Shown: piece after piece, positions 16,846-25,388 of the stretch
How the letters are laid out: the number at the start of each line of letters is the position of its first letter
Position numbering within the stretch: the stretch's first letter is position 1
Origin: Phycisphaera mikurensis NBRC 102666
GTDB taxonomy: Bacteria > Planctomycetota > Phycisphaerae > Phycisphaerales > Phycisphaeraceae
Direction: 5' to 3'
Assembly: GCF_000284115.1 (NCBI RefSeq)
Contig: NC_017080.1
Coordinates: forward strand, 1,500,001-1,532,000
Length of the DNA: 32,000 bases
Notes under the pieces: model-generated
Seen by the model: only the letters and a program-made list of their open reading frames with translations
Database searches by the model: none
What the model was told of the DNA's origin: nothing
Translations under genes and position numbers: made by a program

Positions 16846-18495
16846 TCACGCCGCGGGAGAGCGGCGGATCACCAGGGCGACCGGGGAGGGCGGCTCCTCG
16901 CCTGCGGGCCAGGCGTCGACCTCGGCCTGGGCGGCGAACAGGCGCTCGGCGGCCTCCTCGTAGGGGAGGCCGAGTTGGTCGACCAGCAGGCGGATGCCGC
17001 GGTCGATCAGCTTCTTGTTGCTGGCGCGGACGTGGACCATCCAGTTGCCGGAGAGGCGGCCCATCGCCGCCATGGTCGCGGTGGAGACGGTGTTGAAGGC
17101 GAGCTTCGCCAGGAGGTGGTGGGAGAGGTTCAGCCCCGGCCTCGGGGGAGCGCCGAGGTCGATCTCCAAGAGCGTGTCGCCGGCGTACCGGACGGCGAGC
17201 CCGCGTCCGCCGCGGCCGTCGACGGTGAAGCGCTCGCGGGGGCCGTCGGTGGCCGAGCCGGAGACGTCGAAGGCCTCGATCGCGGCGGTGTCCAGCGGAG
17301 GCGGGGCGGCGGCGAGGGCGGGGGCCCCCAGCGCGGCGTAGTCGTCGGCGGTCCAGCCGATCCCGCGGACCGGCCGCCCCAACAGCGGAAACCACCCGCG
17401 GTCCGCGGGGGCGTCGGGGTGCGAGGCGTTCGCCCAGGGGCGCGGGGACGCCGCGTCGTGCCGCGGCCGGAAGGGCGGCAGGCTGAAGGTGGGCGAGCGC
17501 TCGGTGGTGTCGGTGACCACGTCGAGGAGGAGGTCGTCGGCGAGGTAGCGGACGCGGGAGCCGGCTTCGTAGAGCCGACGCTCGGCGTCGGCCCAGCGGG
17601 CGAGGCCCGCGACGGCCTCCGGCGCTTCGAGCCGGTCGAGCACGGCGCCAAACGCCGCCACCCGCTCGTCGGCGGGCACGCGGGGCCGGCCCTCCAGCGC
17701 CAGGAGCGCGTCCTCCAGGGCGGCCCCGACCGCCGCGAGCTCGATCGTGGTCGCCTGCATCCGCGTGGACCCGGCGACGCCCATCGGCCCCGAGCACAGG
17801 TCGATCGCGGTCACCCGCGGGTCGTCGAGCAGCTCGCGGCTCCGCCGCACCCGCTCGCGGAGCAGGGCCGCGGGGTTGTTGAAGACGAAGAAGGCGGCCA
17901 TCCCGCGGGAGAGCGCCTCCCACGCGGTGCCGATCACGAAGGGCGTCTCGCCGCCCTCGGTGACGGCAATCAGCACGTCGTCGGGGGTCGGGCCCGCGTC
18001 GGCGAGCTGGCGGCGGCCGAAGGAGGGATGGTCCTCGAAGCCTTCCACGCTCTTGATGAGGGCGTAGTCGCCGCCGGCCATGAAGCCGAACAAGCGCTCG
18101 CGGAGGTGGGCCCGGCCGGGGTCCGCGCACGCCCGCCGCCAGAGCGACTCGAGCAGCAGCGCCAGCCGGCCGGTGGCCCCGCAGCCGGAGACGAAGACGC
18201 GGTGGCCGCCGCGGAGGGCGGCGGTGAGCGAGGCGACGAGCGTCGCGTGCGGCTCGCCCGCGAGCGTGCGGGCGAGCACCGGCGGGAGGTCCCGGTCGAC
18301 CGACTGCAGCTGGCGGACGGCGGCGGCGAGGTCCCGCTCGGCGGTCGCCGAGAGCGTGGCCGTCTTGGGGTGGCTGCTCTCGGTGACGAGGGCGCCCAGG
18401 CGGAAGGCGGTCTCCTCGCGGCAGAAGGCGGCGGCGCGGGCGGCGGGATCGAGCCCGGGCCCGGGGGCGTCTTCGGGGGCGGGTGCGCCGGTCAT
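16846..18495 (-). CDS. N-acetylmuramic acid 6-phosphate etherase / GCKR-like SIS-domain protein (long form, 549 aa)
   Basis: LGALVTESSHPKTATLS, HRVFVSGCGATGRLALLLESLWR, VLIAVTEGGETPFVIG, MGVAGSTRMQATTIELAAVGAALE, LAFNTVSTATMAAMGRLSGNWMVHVRASNKKLIDRGIRLL. ATG overlaps the upstream stop (ATGA, 18492-18495). Confidence 0.9.
   Translation of the reverse strand: MTGAPAPEDAPGPGLDPAARAAAFCREETAFRLGALVTESSHPKTATLSATAERDLAAAVRQLQSVDRDLPPVLARTLAGEPHATLVASLTAALRGGHRVFVSGCGATGRLALLLESLWRRACADPGRAHLRERLFGFMAGGDYALIKSVEGFEDHPSFGRRQLADAGPTPDDVLIAVTEGGETPFVIGTAWEALSRGMAAFFVFNNPAALLRERVRRSRELLDDPRVTAIDLCSGPMGVAGSTRMQATTIELAAVGAALEDALLALEGRPRVPADERVAAFGAVLDRLEAPEAVAGLARWADAERRLYEAGSRVRYLADDLLLDVVTDTTERSPTFSLPPFRPRHDAASPRPWANASHPDAPADRGWFPLLGRPVRGIGWTADDYAALGAPALAAAPPPLDTAAIEAFDVSGSATDGPRERFTVDGRGGRGLAVRYAGDTLLEIDLGAPPRPGLNLSHHLLAKLAFNTVSTATMAAMGRLSGNWMVHVRASNKKLIDRGIRLLVDQLGLPYEEAAERLFAAQAEVDAWPAGEEPPSPVALVIRRSPAA
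17363..17408. repeat. 46-bp palindromic element copy F (10-bp perfect arms) inside the MurQ/GCKR-like CDS
   Basis: CCGCGGACCG GCCGCCCCAACAGCGGAAACCACCCG CGGTCCGCGG; translated on the minus strand within ADRGWFPLLGRPVRG. Confidence 0.9.
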
Positions 18496-19910
18496 GGCCG
18501 CCGCGGGGCTCGGCGGCGGTCGACGAGCAGCTCGACGGCCTCGGCGTCGGCGGGCGCGTCGAGTTCGTGCGTGCCCGCTCCGAGGCGGGCGGTGTCCACC
18601 ACGCTCCACACGTCGCCGCGGCGGGCGATCACGCGGAAGTCGCCGGCCTCGGCCACGTCGGCGTGCCAGGCCCCGCCGCTTCGCTCGGCGACGACCGGGG
18701 CGGGCCGCCAATCCGCGGGCAGCATCGGGCTGGCGGCGTGGCCGGCGTTCTCCACGTCGTAGTAGGCGGTCAGCTCGGCGGGGTAGGTCTCCAGCACGCC
18801 GCGGCTGAACCAGTGGACGTGCCCGCCGCCGCCCCGGCGGCGCACGAGGTCGAGCTTCTTCTCGTACTCGGCCCACGGCGTGTCGGGCCCGTCGCCGTTG
18901 ATCCGGAAGCCGCCGATCAGGTCGTCGGTGCGGCGTGAGCCGACGGCCCGCAGCTGCACGGGCCAGTCCTCGCTCACCCGCTTGAAGGTCGTGCGGTAAA
19001 CCTGCGGCACGTACTCGTCCATGAGCCCGCGCCGCGACCAGTCCCGCCAGTCGCAGGCGTAGTTCTCCAGCGACCAGGGGTACACGGCGGGGCTGATCGA
19101 CACGATCAGGTTCGGCCGCTTCGCCTTGAGCTCCTCGTGGAAACGCTCGGCGAACTCGCCGACCTTCTCCGCCCGCCAGGCGACCCAGGCCGGGTCGCGG
19201 GCGTCGGCGGGCGGGGCCTTCCCGCCGTGCTCCTCCTTGTAGGCCGCGACGGTGTAGTCGTCGTAGCCCATGGTCACCGGCCAGGCGATGCGGTCGTCGA
19301 GCTGCACGCCGTCGAGGTCGTAGCGGTCCACCGCGTCGAGCACGATCCCCATCAGGAGGTCCCGGCACTCCGGCCGCAGCGGGTTCATCCACACGAAGGG
19401 GTTCTGGTCGCTCACCAGCGACCCGTCGGCGGTGGTGGTCATCCACCCGGGGTGCTGCTCCCGCAGGTCGTTCATCGTGTCCTTGAACGCGGCCATGAAG
19501 CCGTACTCGAACCAGCCGATGTAGAGCAGCTGGTTGCGGTGCGCCGCGATCAGCGTCTCCTCGAGCAGGTCCCGCGGGCCGTCGAGGCCGGGGGCGTCGC
19601 CGGGGTGGTTGGCGTGGCCCGGCATGAGGTCCGGCCGGCGCGCGACGCCGATCGCCGCCTCCATCGTCTCGGAGGGGAACTGCGTGTAGCCGTTCTTCCA
19701 GACCTCGACGTAGACGGTGTTGAGGCCGATCGCGCGGAGCCGCTCCATCGCCTCGGCCGTGTTCCCGGGCGTGGCCAGGGCGTCGTTGGCGGTGGTGGTC
19801 ATCCACGTGCCTCGGACCTCCGGCGGCGCGGCCGCCGCGGGCGTGGCGAGGAGCGGGACGGCCGCGGCGGCCGCGGCGGCGGCCCGGTGGAGGAGGCGGA
19901 GGCGGTGCAT
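18492..19910 (-). CDS. GHL10-type glycosyl hydrolase family protein, secreted (second family member in the window)
   Basis: MHRLRLLHRAAAAAAAAVPLLATPAAAAPPEVRGTWMTTTANDALATPGNTAEAMERLRAIGLNTVYVEVWKNGYTQFPSETMEA; GVQLDDRIAWPVTMGYD; AWVAWRAEKVGEFAERFHEELKAKRPNLIVSISPAVYPWS. Confidence 0.9.
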   Translation of the reverse strand: MHRLRLLHRAAAAAAAAVPLLATPAAAAPPEVRGTWMTTTANDALATPGNTAEAMERLRAIGLNTVYVEVWKNGYTQFPSETMEAAIGVARRPDLMPGHANHPGDAPGLDGPRDLLEETLIAAHRNQLLYIGWFEYGFMAAFKDTMNDLREQHPGWMTTTADGSLVSDQNPFVWMNPLRPECRDLLMGIVLDAVDRYDLDGVQLDDRIAWPVTMGYDDYTVAAYKEEHGGKAPPADARDPAWVAWRAEKVGEFAERFHEELKAKRPNLIVSISPAVYPWSLENYACDWRDWSRRGLMDEYVPQVYRTTFKRVSEDWPVQLRAVGSRRTDDLIGGFRINGDGPDTPWAEYEKKLDLVRRRGGGGHVHWFSRGVLETYPAELTAYYDVENAGHAASPMLPADWRPAPVVAERSGGAWHADVAEAGDFRVIARRGDVWSVVDTARLGAGTHELDAPADAEAVELLVDRRRAPRRP

Positions 19911-20000
19911 GCAACTCCCTGAAAGCTAAAACGTCTGGAGGAGGAGGGGAGATCCCCGATGTCGGTGGCCGCGGCCACGCTCGATGATACTATAAGACTC

Positions 20001-21176
20001 ATGAGCCAACGCACCGTCACCCGCCTCGCGCTCGTCGGCGCCGGCAACATCGCCCGGGCCCACGCGGCGGCCGCGGCCTCGCTGCCCGACGCCGTCGAGC
20101 TCGTCGCCGTCGTGGACACCCGCCGCGAGGCGGCCGAGGCGCTCGCGGAGGCCAGCGGCGCCGCGGCCTTCGGCTCGGTGGAGGAGATGCTCGCCGCGCT
20201 GGGCGGCACGCCCGCGGGCGTGCCCGACGCCGCGGTGGTCTGCACCCCGCCCTCGGCCCGCGTGGAGGCGGCCCGGCGGCTGCTGGCCGCCGGCTGCTCC
20301 CTGCTGCTGGAGAAGCCGCTGGCCCACACCGTGGCCGACGCCGAGGCGCTGGTGCGGCTTGCCGACGCGTACCCCGCCGCCGTGGCCGTCACCGGCTTCT
20401 GCCACCGCTTCACGCCGGCGGTCGGGGCCATGATCGGCCTGGTCGCCGAGGGCCGCATCGGCGAGGTCGTCCGCTGCGAGAACACCTTCGCGGCCGACCT
20501 GCCGCACCTCCGCGGCCACTGGATGAGCGACTCGGCGGTCGCCGGCGGCGGCTCGCTCATCGACACCGGCCTGCACAGCCTGGACCTCTTCGCGTACCTC
20601 TTCGGCCCCGCGACGGTGGAGGGCGCGGTGTTCCGCTGCGGCTGGGAGGGGCGCTCCGAGAGCAACGCGACCGTGCTGCTGCGGGCGGGCGGCGCGCACG
20701 CCGCCGCCGCCGCAGGAGGTGCCCGGATCGAGACCGTGTACCCCGTCGCCGGGGTCGTCGCCTGCGGCTGGGCGGAGAACAGCCGTTTCGACCTCCGGCT
20801 GGTCGGCACCGCCGGCTCGCTCCTCTACGACTTCGAGAAGCCCGAGGCGGTGTTCCTGACGACGCCCGCGGGCACCGAGACGCTGGCCGTGGAGACCCAC
20901 GAGGTCCGCTTCGACCGCCAGCTCGCCGCCTTCGCCGCCCGCGTCGCCGGCGGGCCCGGCGACGCCCCGCTGTGCGGCTTCGCCGGCGGGCTCGAGGCCC
21001 TGCGGCGGGTGGCCGAGGCCGCGATGCTCGACGCCGCTTCGCGGCCCGAAGCGCCGGCGTCGGCACCGGCGTCGGCACCGGCGTCGACGCCCGCGCCGCT
21101 CCGCAACGGCAACGGCAACGGCGTCCACCTGGCGGCGACCGCCGCGAGCGAAGCCTTCGCCGAGGCCGGGCGTTGA
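20001..21176 (+). CDS. Gfo/Idh/MocA family oxidoreductase
   Basis: MSQRTVTRLALVGAGNIARAHAAAAASLP, AAVVCTPPSARVEAARRLLAAGCSLLLEKPLAHTVADAEALV. The ORF also has an upstream ATG at 19959. Confidence 0.9.
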   Translation: MSQRTVTRLALVGAGNIARAHAAAAASLPDAVELVAVVDTRREAAEALAEASGAAAFGSVEEMLAALGGTPAGVPDAAVVCTPPSARVEAARRLLAAGCSLLLEKPLAHTVADAEALVRLADAYPAAVAVTGFCHRFTPAVGAMIGLVAEGRIGEVVRCENTFAADLPHLRGHWMSDSAVAGGGSLIDTGLHSLDLFAYLFGPATVEGAVFRCGWEGRSESNATVLLRAGGAHAAAAAGGARIETVYPVAGVVACGWAENSRFDLRLVGTAGSLLYDFEKPEAVFLTTPAGTETLAVETHEVRFDRQLAAFAARVAGGPGDAPLCGFAGGLEALRRVAEAAMLDAASRPEAPASAPASAPASTPAPLRNGNGNGVHLAATAASEAFAEAGR

Positions 21177-21196
21177 TCGGCCCGCACACCGGCGGC

Positions 21197-22087
21197 ATGC
21201 GCCTGGGCGTGCTCGGCGTCGACAGCTCGCACCTTCCCGAGTTCACGCGTCGCATCGCGGGCTTGAACGAGGCCGGGGCCACCCGCTGCCGCGTGGTGTC
21301 GATGTTCGACGCGGGCGACCACCAGCTGCCCGCGGCGGACGTCGCCGGCTGGGTGGCCGAAGCGAAGGCCATGGGCGTGCAGGAGCGTGGCTCGGTCGAG
21401 GAGCTGCTCGGCGGCGTCGACGGCGTGCTGGTGCTCGCCGTCGCCGGCGGCCGCCACCTGGAGCTGGCGGAGCCGGCGCTGCAGCGTGGCTTGCCGACCT
21501 ACGTCGACAAGCCGCTGGCCTGCACCGCCGCGGACGCCCGGCGGCTCGCCGCCCTCGCGGAGGAGCACGCCGCCCCGTGCTACTCCGCCTCGAGCCTCCG
21601 CTTCGCGGCCGAGCCGGTCGCCGCCGCGGCGGACGCGTCGCTGGGCGACATCGTCGCCGTCGACGCCTTCGGGCCCGGCGAGCTGCTCGACGCGAACCCC
21701 GGCGTGCTGCACTACGGCGTGCACGCGGTGGAGATGGTCGACGCGGTGCTGGGCCCCGGCGTCGCGGAGGTCGCGGCGGAGTCGACCGCGGACCGCGACC
21801 TGGTCCGCCTCCGGTACGCCGACGGCCGGGCCGCCACGCTCCGGCTGGAGCGCAGGGGCAGCTACGACTTCGGCGCCGCCGTTCACGGCACCGCGGGAGC
21901 GTCCTTCTTCAAGGTCGACTTCGCCACCGTGTACGACCGCCTCGTGGAAGCGATGGTCGGCTTCTTCCGGGGCGGCCAGGCCCCGGTCCCGCTGTCGCGC
22001 ATCGTCGAGAACGTCGCCGTGATGGAAGCCGCGAACCGCTCGCGGGAGACCGGCGGCGGGTGGGTGAAGCCGGACGGCGCGCCGTGA
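21197..22087 (+). CDS. Gfo/Idh/MocA family oxidoreductase (second, adjacent)
   Basis: MRLGVLGVDSSHLPEFTRRIAGLNEAGATRCRVVSMFDAG; VLVLAVAGGRHLELAEPALQRGLPTYVDKPLACTAADARRLAALA. Confidence 0.87.
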   Translation: MRLGVLGVDSSHLPEFTRRIAGLNEAGATRCRVVSMFDAGDHQLPAADVAGWVAEAKAMGVQERGSVEELLGGVDGVLVLAVAGGRHLELAEPALQRGLPTYVDKPLACTAADARRLAALAEEHAAPCYSASSLRFAAEPVAAAADASLGDIVAVDAFGPGELLDANPGVLHYGVHAVEMVDAVLGPGVAEVAAESTADRDLVRLRYADGRAATLRLERRGSYDFGAAVHGTAGASFFKVDFATVYDRLVEAMVGFFRGGQAPVPLSRIVENVAVMEAANRSRETGGGWVKPDGAP

Positions 22088-23052
22088 GCGACGGCGACCC
22101 GCCCTGGGCCCGGCTGCCGCGGACCGCGGGCGTTCCGATGCTCAAAGACGCGCGGTCCGCGGATTCCGCGTTGCTCGACGGCCTCTTCGAGCTGCCCGCG
22201 GGCTCGGCGCTCACGGTCGCCGAGGTCGCCGCCGACGGCTCCCTCGTCGCCGCCCGCTGGCGCGGCACCGGCGAGACGCTTTTCTACCCCGCCAGCACGA
22301 TCAAGTGGACGACCGGGGCGCTCGCGGTCGCGCTCATGGACGAGCACGATCTCCCGCCCGAGGCGGTGTTGGCCGTTGGCGACCGGCCCGCCGCGACGCT
22401 GCGCGACCTGGTGCTCTCGATGCTGCAGGCCAGCGACAACGACGCCTTCAACGCGCTGCACGAGTGGGTGGGCACCGCCGAGACCCACGCCGCCATGCGA
22501 TCCTGGGGCTGCACCCACGCGATCGTCCGCCGGCACTTCATGAACCCGCGGTTCACCGGCAGCCCCGCCTGCGTCGCCCGCCGGCCCGACGGCAGCGAGG
22601 TCGTCTTCGAGGCGAAGCCCGAGGTCGACATGCCGCTCTCGACCGACCGGCCGCCGCCGGACGGCAACCCCGAGGCCAACGCCTTCACCACCGACGACCT
22701 CGTCCGCGTGGGCGCCGCCACGCTGATGGGCCCGATCCGCGACGCCGCGGCCTTCGGCCTGTTCGCCTGCGGGCTGTCGTGGACCTGCCAGGCCTACGTC
22801 CGCGCCGGCCTCGCCCGGCTCACCGCCGGCCGGCCGGACCGCCCGGGCTTCGTCGTACTCAACAAGCCCGGCTGGTGGCCACCCGACGGCGCCAACAGCG
22901 AGTTGAACTACGTGCACGACGTGGCGCACGGCCGGCACCTCTTCCTGGCGGTGTACGCGCAGGGCACCGAGGCCGAGGCGGAGGCGGGCGTGTCGGCGGC
23001 GGCCGAGGCCGTCGGGGCGGCGCTGCTGGCGGGCCGTCTTCGGCTCGCCTGA
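22084..23052 (+). CDS. Class A beta-lactamase-like serine hydrolase
   Basis: GTG start overlapping the previous stop (GTGA). SxxK-like FYPASTIKWTTGALAVALMDEH, SxN-like MLQASDNDAFNALHEWVG, KPG in FVVLNKPGWWPPDGANSELNYVHDVAHG. Confidence 0.84.
   Translation: MSDGDPPWARLPRTAGVPMLKDARSADSALLDGLFELPAGSALTVAEVAADGSLVAARWRGTGETLFYPASTIKWTTGALAVALMDEHDLPPEAVLAVGDRPAATLRDLVLSMLQASDNDAFNALHEWVGTAETHAAMRSWGCTHAIVRRHFMNPRFTGSPACVARRPDGSEVVFEAKPEVDMPLSTDRPPPDGNPEANAFTTDDLVRVGAATLMGPIRDAAAFGLFACGLSWTCQAYVRAGLARLTAGRPDRPGFVVLNKPGWWPPDGANSELNYVHDVAHGRHLFLAVYAQGTEAEAEAGVSAAAEAVGAALLAGRLRLA
22117..22162. repeat. 46-bp palindromic element copy G (10-bp perfect arms) near the 5' end of the serine hydrolase CDS
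   Basis: CCGCGGACCG CGGGCGTTCCGATGCTCAAAGACGCG CGGTCCGCGG. Confidence 0.93.
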
Positions 23053-23082
23053 GGAAAGCCCCGGAGGGGGAGCCGTCTTATG

Positions 23083-23098
23083 GTAAATTGTTTACAAT
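23083..23098. promoter_or_regulatory. Candidate operator/palindrome upstream of the phosphodiester glycosidase-regulator pair
   Basis: Overlapping palindromes GTAAA-TTG-TTTAC (23083-23095) and ATTGT-TT-ACAAT (23087-23098) in an AT-rich island. Confidence 0.5.
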
Positions 23099-23175
23099 GC
23101 TGTCCTGTCCGCCGCCACCGCGCCGGGGCGGGCTCCTCCCAAGCGAAGCCGCGGGCGCATCCCTCTTATGCACTT

Positions 23176-24099
23176 ATGCTTCGTTGCGTGTCCCTGATCC
23201 GCCCGCTGCTCGCCGCCCTGGTCCTCGCCCCGGGGCCTTGCGCCGCGGCTGCGGGTGCCGCGGAGTCGCCCTGGGTGCTCGTTGCGGCCGCGGACACGCC
23301 CGCGCAGGACGGGCCGGTGGCGGTGCAGGAGGCCCGCCTGGAGACGCCCGCGGGCCCGGTGCGCGGCCTCCTCGCGCAGGTCGATCTGACCGACCCCCGC
23401 GTGGAGGTGGTGGTCACGGAGCGGCCCGCGGAGGTCCCGCCGCCGCCCGCGGAGGTGCCCCGGGTGGGCGTGGCGGGCTTCGCCGCCGAGCGCGGCCTCG
23501 CGGTCGCCGTCAACGCCAACTACTTCGCGACGCTGGGCCCCGATGCCGACGTCCTGGGCCTGTGCGTCGCCGACGGCGTCGTGGTCTCGCCGGCGCGCTT
23601 CTTCGCCGGCACCGGCGACCCGGTCCTCGCCTTCGCCGCCGACGGCACCGCCGCCGCCTTCGTGCCCGACACGCCGGAGGACCCGCGGCTGGCCGCCTTC
23701 GACGCCGTCGCGGGCATCGGCGCCTCCCCCACCGACCCCGACCGCGGCGGCCTGCTCGTCGAGGGCGGCGTCTCCCGGGGCGGATCCGCCCGCGTCGAGC
23801 CGCTGGCCCGGCACCCCCGCACCGTCGCGGGCGTCGACGCCGGCGGCGGCGTGCTCACGCTGGCCGTGATCGACGGGCGGGAGGCGGGCGGCTCCGCCGG
23901 CGCCACGCTGCCCGAGGCCGCGGCGCTGCTCCTGCAGGCGGGCGTGAGCGACGGCGTGAACCTCGACGGCGGCGGATCCAGCGTCATGTACGTCGGCCCG
24001 GGGGTCGCGGGCGCCGAAGCGTTCACCAGTTCGCCTTCGGAGGACCGGCCGGTGGCCGCCATCCTGGGCGTCCGCCTCCGGGAGAGCTCCAGCCGATGA
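23176..24099 (+). CDS. Phosphodiester glycosidase family protein (NAGPA/DUF2233-like), secreted
   Basis: MLRCVSLIRPLLAALVLAPGPCAAAA; AVAVNANYFATLGPDADVLGLCVADGVVVS, TVAGVDAGGGVLTLAVIDGR, LLLQAGVSDGVNLDGGGSSVMYVG. Confidence 0.88.
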   Translation: MLRCVSLIRPLLAALVLAPGPCAAAAGAAESPWVLVAAADTPAQDGPVAVQEARLETPAGPVRGLLAQVDLTDPRVEVVVTERPAEVPPPPAEVPRVGVAGFAAERGLAVAVNANYFATLGPDADVLGLCVADGVVVSPARFFAGTGDPVLAFAADGTAAAFVPDTPEDPRLAAFDAVAGIGASPTDPDRGGLLVEGGVSRGGSARVEPLARHPRTVAGVDAGGGVLTLAVIDGREAGGSAGATLPEAAALLLQAGVSDGVNLDGGGSSVMYVGPGVAGAEAFTSSPSEDRPVAAILGVRLRESSSR

Positions 24100-25235
24100 T
24101 CGGTCGCCCCGCCACGCCCCCCGAACGCCCCCGCGACGCCGCCGCCGGCCCGCTGCGGCCGGTCCGCCCGCGCGCGGGGGCGCTGCTCTACGTCACCGTC
24201 CGCGACGCGCTGCACGACGCGATCCGCGACGGCCGCTTCGCGCCGGGCGAGCGGCTGCCCAGCACCAAGGACCTCGCCGCCATGTTCGAGGTCTCGCTGG
24301 TGACGACCCACCGGGCGATGCAGTCGCTGGAGGCCCGGGGCGTGCTCGACCGGGTGCAGGGCCGCGGCACCTTCGTCACCGAGCGCTCGGAGCGTCGCGT
24401 CCGCCGGCTCGCCGTGGTGCTCCAGCCGCAGGCGTCCCTCGCCGACTACTACTACGGCGACCTGCTCGACGGCATGAACCGGGCCGCGCGGGAGCTCGGC
24501 GCCGACCTGCTCATCCGCCACGCGACCGAGCCGGTGCGCCGCGTGGTGCCCGCCAGCAACGGCTCCTCGCCCGAGCGCGTGTGGGGCGGCTGCGACGCCC
24601 ATCTGCTCGTGAACCCGCTGCCCGAGGCCGCCGAGGCCTTCGCGGTCACCCTCGAGGACGGCGTGCCCTCGGTGCTGGTCGGGGCCCGCCACGGCGACAT
24701 GCCCCACGTGGACGTGGACAACGCCGACCTGATCGAGCAGGCGGTCACGCACCTCCACGACCGCGGCCACCGCCGCATCCTCTTCGTCGGCGGTGCCGGC
24801 AACCTCTCCAACAGCCGCGACCGGCTGGACGCCTTCGCCACGACCTGCGAGGCCTTCAAGGTGGCGGCGGCGCCGCGGCTGGTGGCGTCCAGCTGGCGGC
24901 TGCACGACGGCGAGAAGCGGGAGCTGGGCGACCTGCTCGGCTCCAGCGGCGGGCCCACGGCCGTCGTCGCCGCCGGCTACTACCTCGCGTTGGACGTTTA
25001 CGACGTCGCGGGTCGCCGCGGCCTGGAGATCCCCAAGCACCTCTCGGTCGTGGGCGTCGGCGACCCGATGAGCGCCCCGCACCTCTCGCCGCCGCTGACC
25101 ACGATGCGCCAGCCGCTCGTGGAGCTCGGCCACGCCGCCGTGGAGGCGGCCATCCACCTCATCGAGGGCGAGCCGCAGCCGAGCATCAACCTCCGGGCCC
25201 GGCTGGTGCCCCGCGCTTCCTGCCGCGCCATCTAG
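24096..25235 (+). CDS. GntR-type wHTH regulator with LacI-like (periplasmic-binding-fold) ligand domain
   Basis: VRDALHDAIRDGRFAPGERLPSTKDLAAMFEVSLVTTHRAMQSLEARGVLDRVQGRGTFV, then HLHDRGHRRILFVGG...LSVVGVGDPMSAPHLSPPLTTMRQPLVELGHAAVE. ATGA overlap with the preceding gene. Confidence 0.93.
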   Translation: MIGRPATPPERPRDAAAGPLRPVRPRAGALLYVTVRDALHDAIRDGRFAPGERLPSTKDLAAMFEVSLVTTHRAMQSLEARGVLDRVQGRGTFVTERSERRVRRLAVVLQPQASLADYYYGDLLDGMNRAARELGADLLIRHATEPVRRVVPASNGSSPERVWGGCDAHLLVNPLPEAAEAFAVTLEDGVPSVLVGARHGDMPHVDVDNADLIEQAVTHLHDRGHRRILFVGGAGNLSNSRDRLDAFATTCEAFKVAAAPRLVASSWRLHDGEKRELGDLLGSSGGPTAVVAAGYYLALDVYDVAGRRGLEIPKHLSVVGVGDPMSAPHLSPPLTTMRQPLVELGHAAVEAAIHLIEGEPQPSINLRARLVPRASCRAI

Positions 25236-25332
25236 GCGACGCCGCCGGGGGGCGATCGAGGCCCTGCACCCGCCGGGCGGGCCGGGCGAGCCGGACATGA
25301 ATCGGGTGCCGCGACCGCCTCGGGTGGCGACT

Positions 25333-25378
25333 CCGCGGACCGTCGGCGTTTACGCTGCGCCGGCTCCACGGTCCGCGG
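25333..25378. repeat. 46-bp palindromic element copy H (10-bp perfect arms), intergenic
   Basis: CCGCGGACCG TCGGCGTTTACGCTGCGCCGGCTCCA CGGTCCGCGG, ending 10 bp before the FAD-oxidoreductase start. Confidence 0.93.
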
Positions 25379-25388
25379 ATCCACCGGC

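Noticed and set aside
16634-18130. Minus-strand ORF in an alternative frame over the MurQ-like gene, and the plus-strand ORF at 16756-18762
   Set aside because: Compositional shadows; the SIS/MurQ frame carries the conserved motifs.
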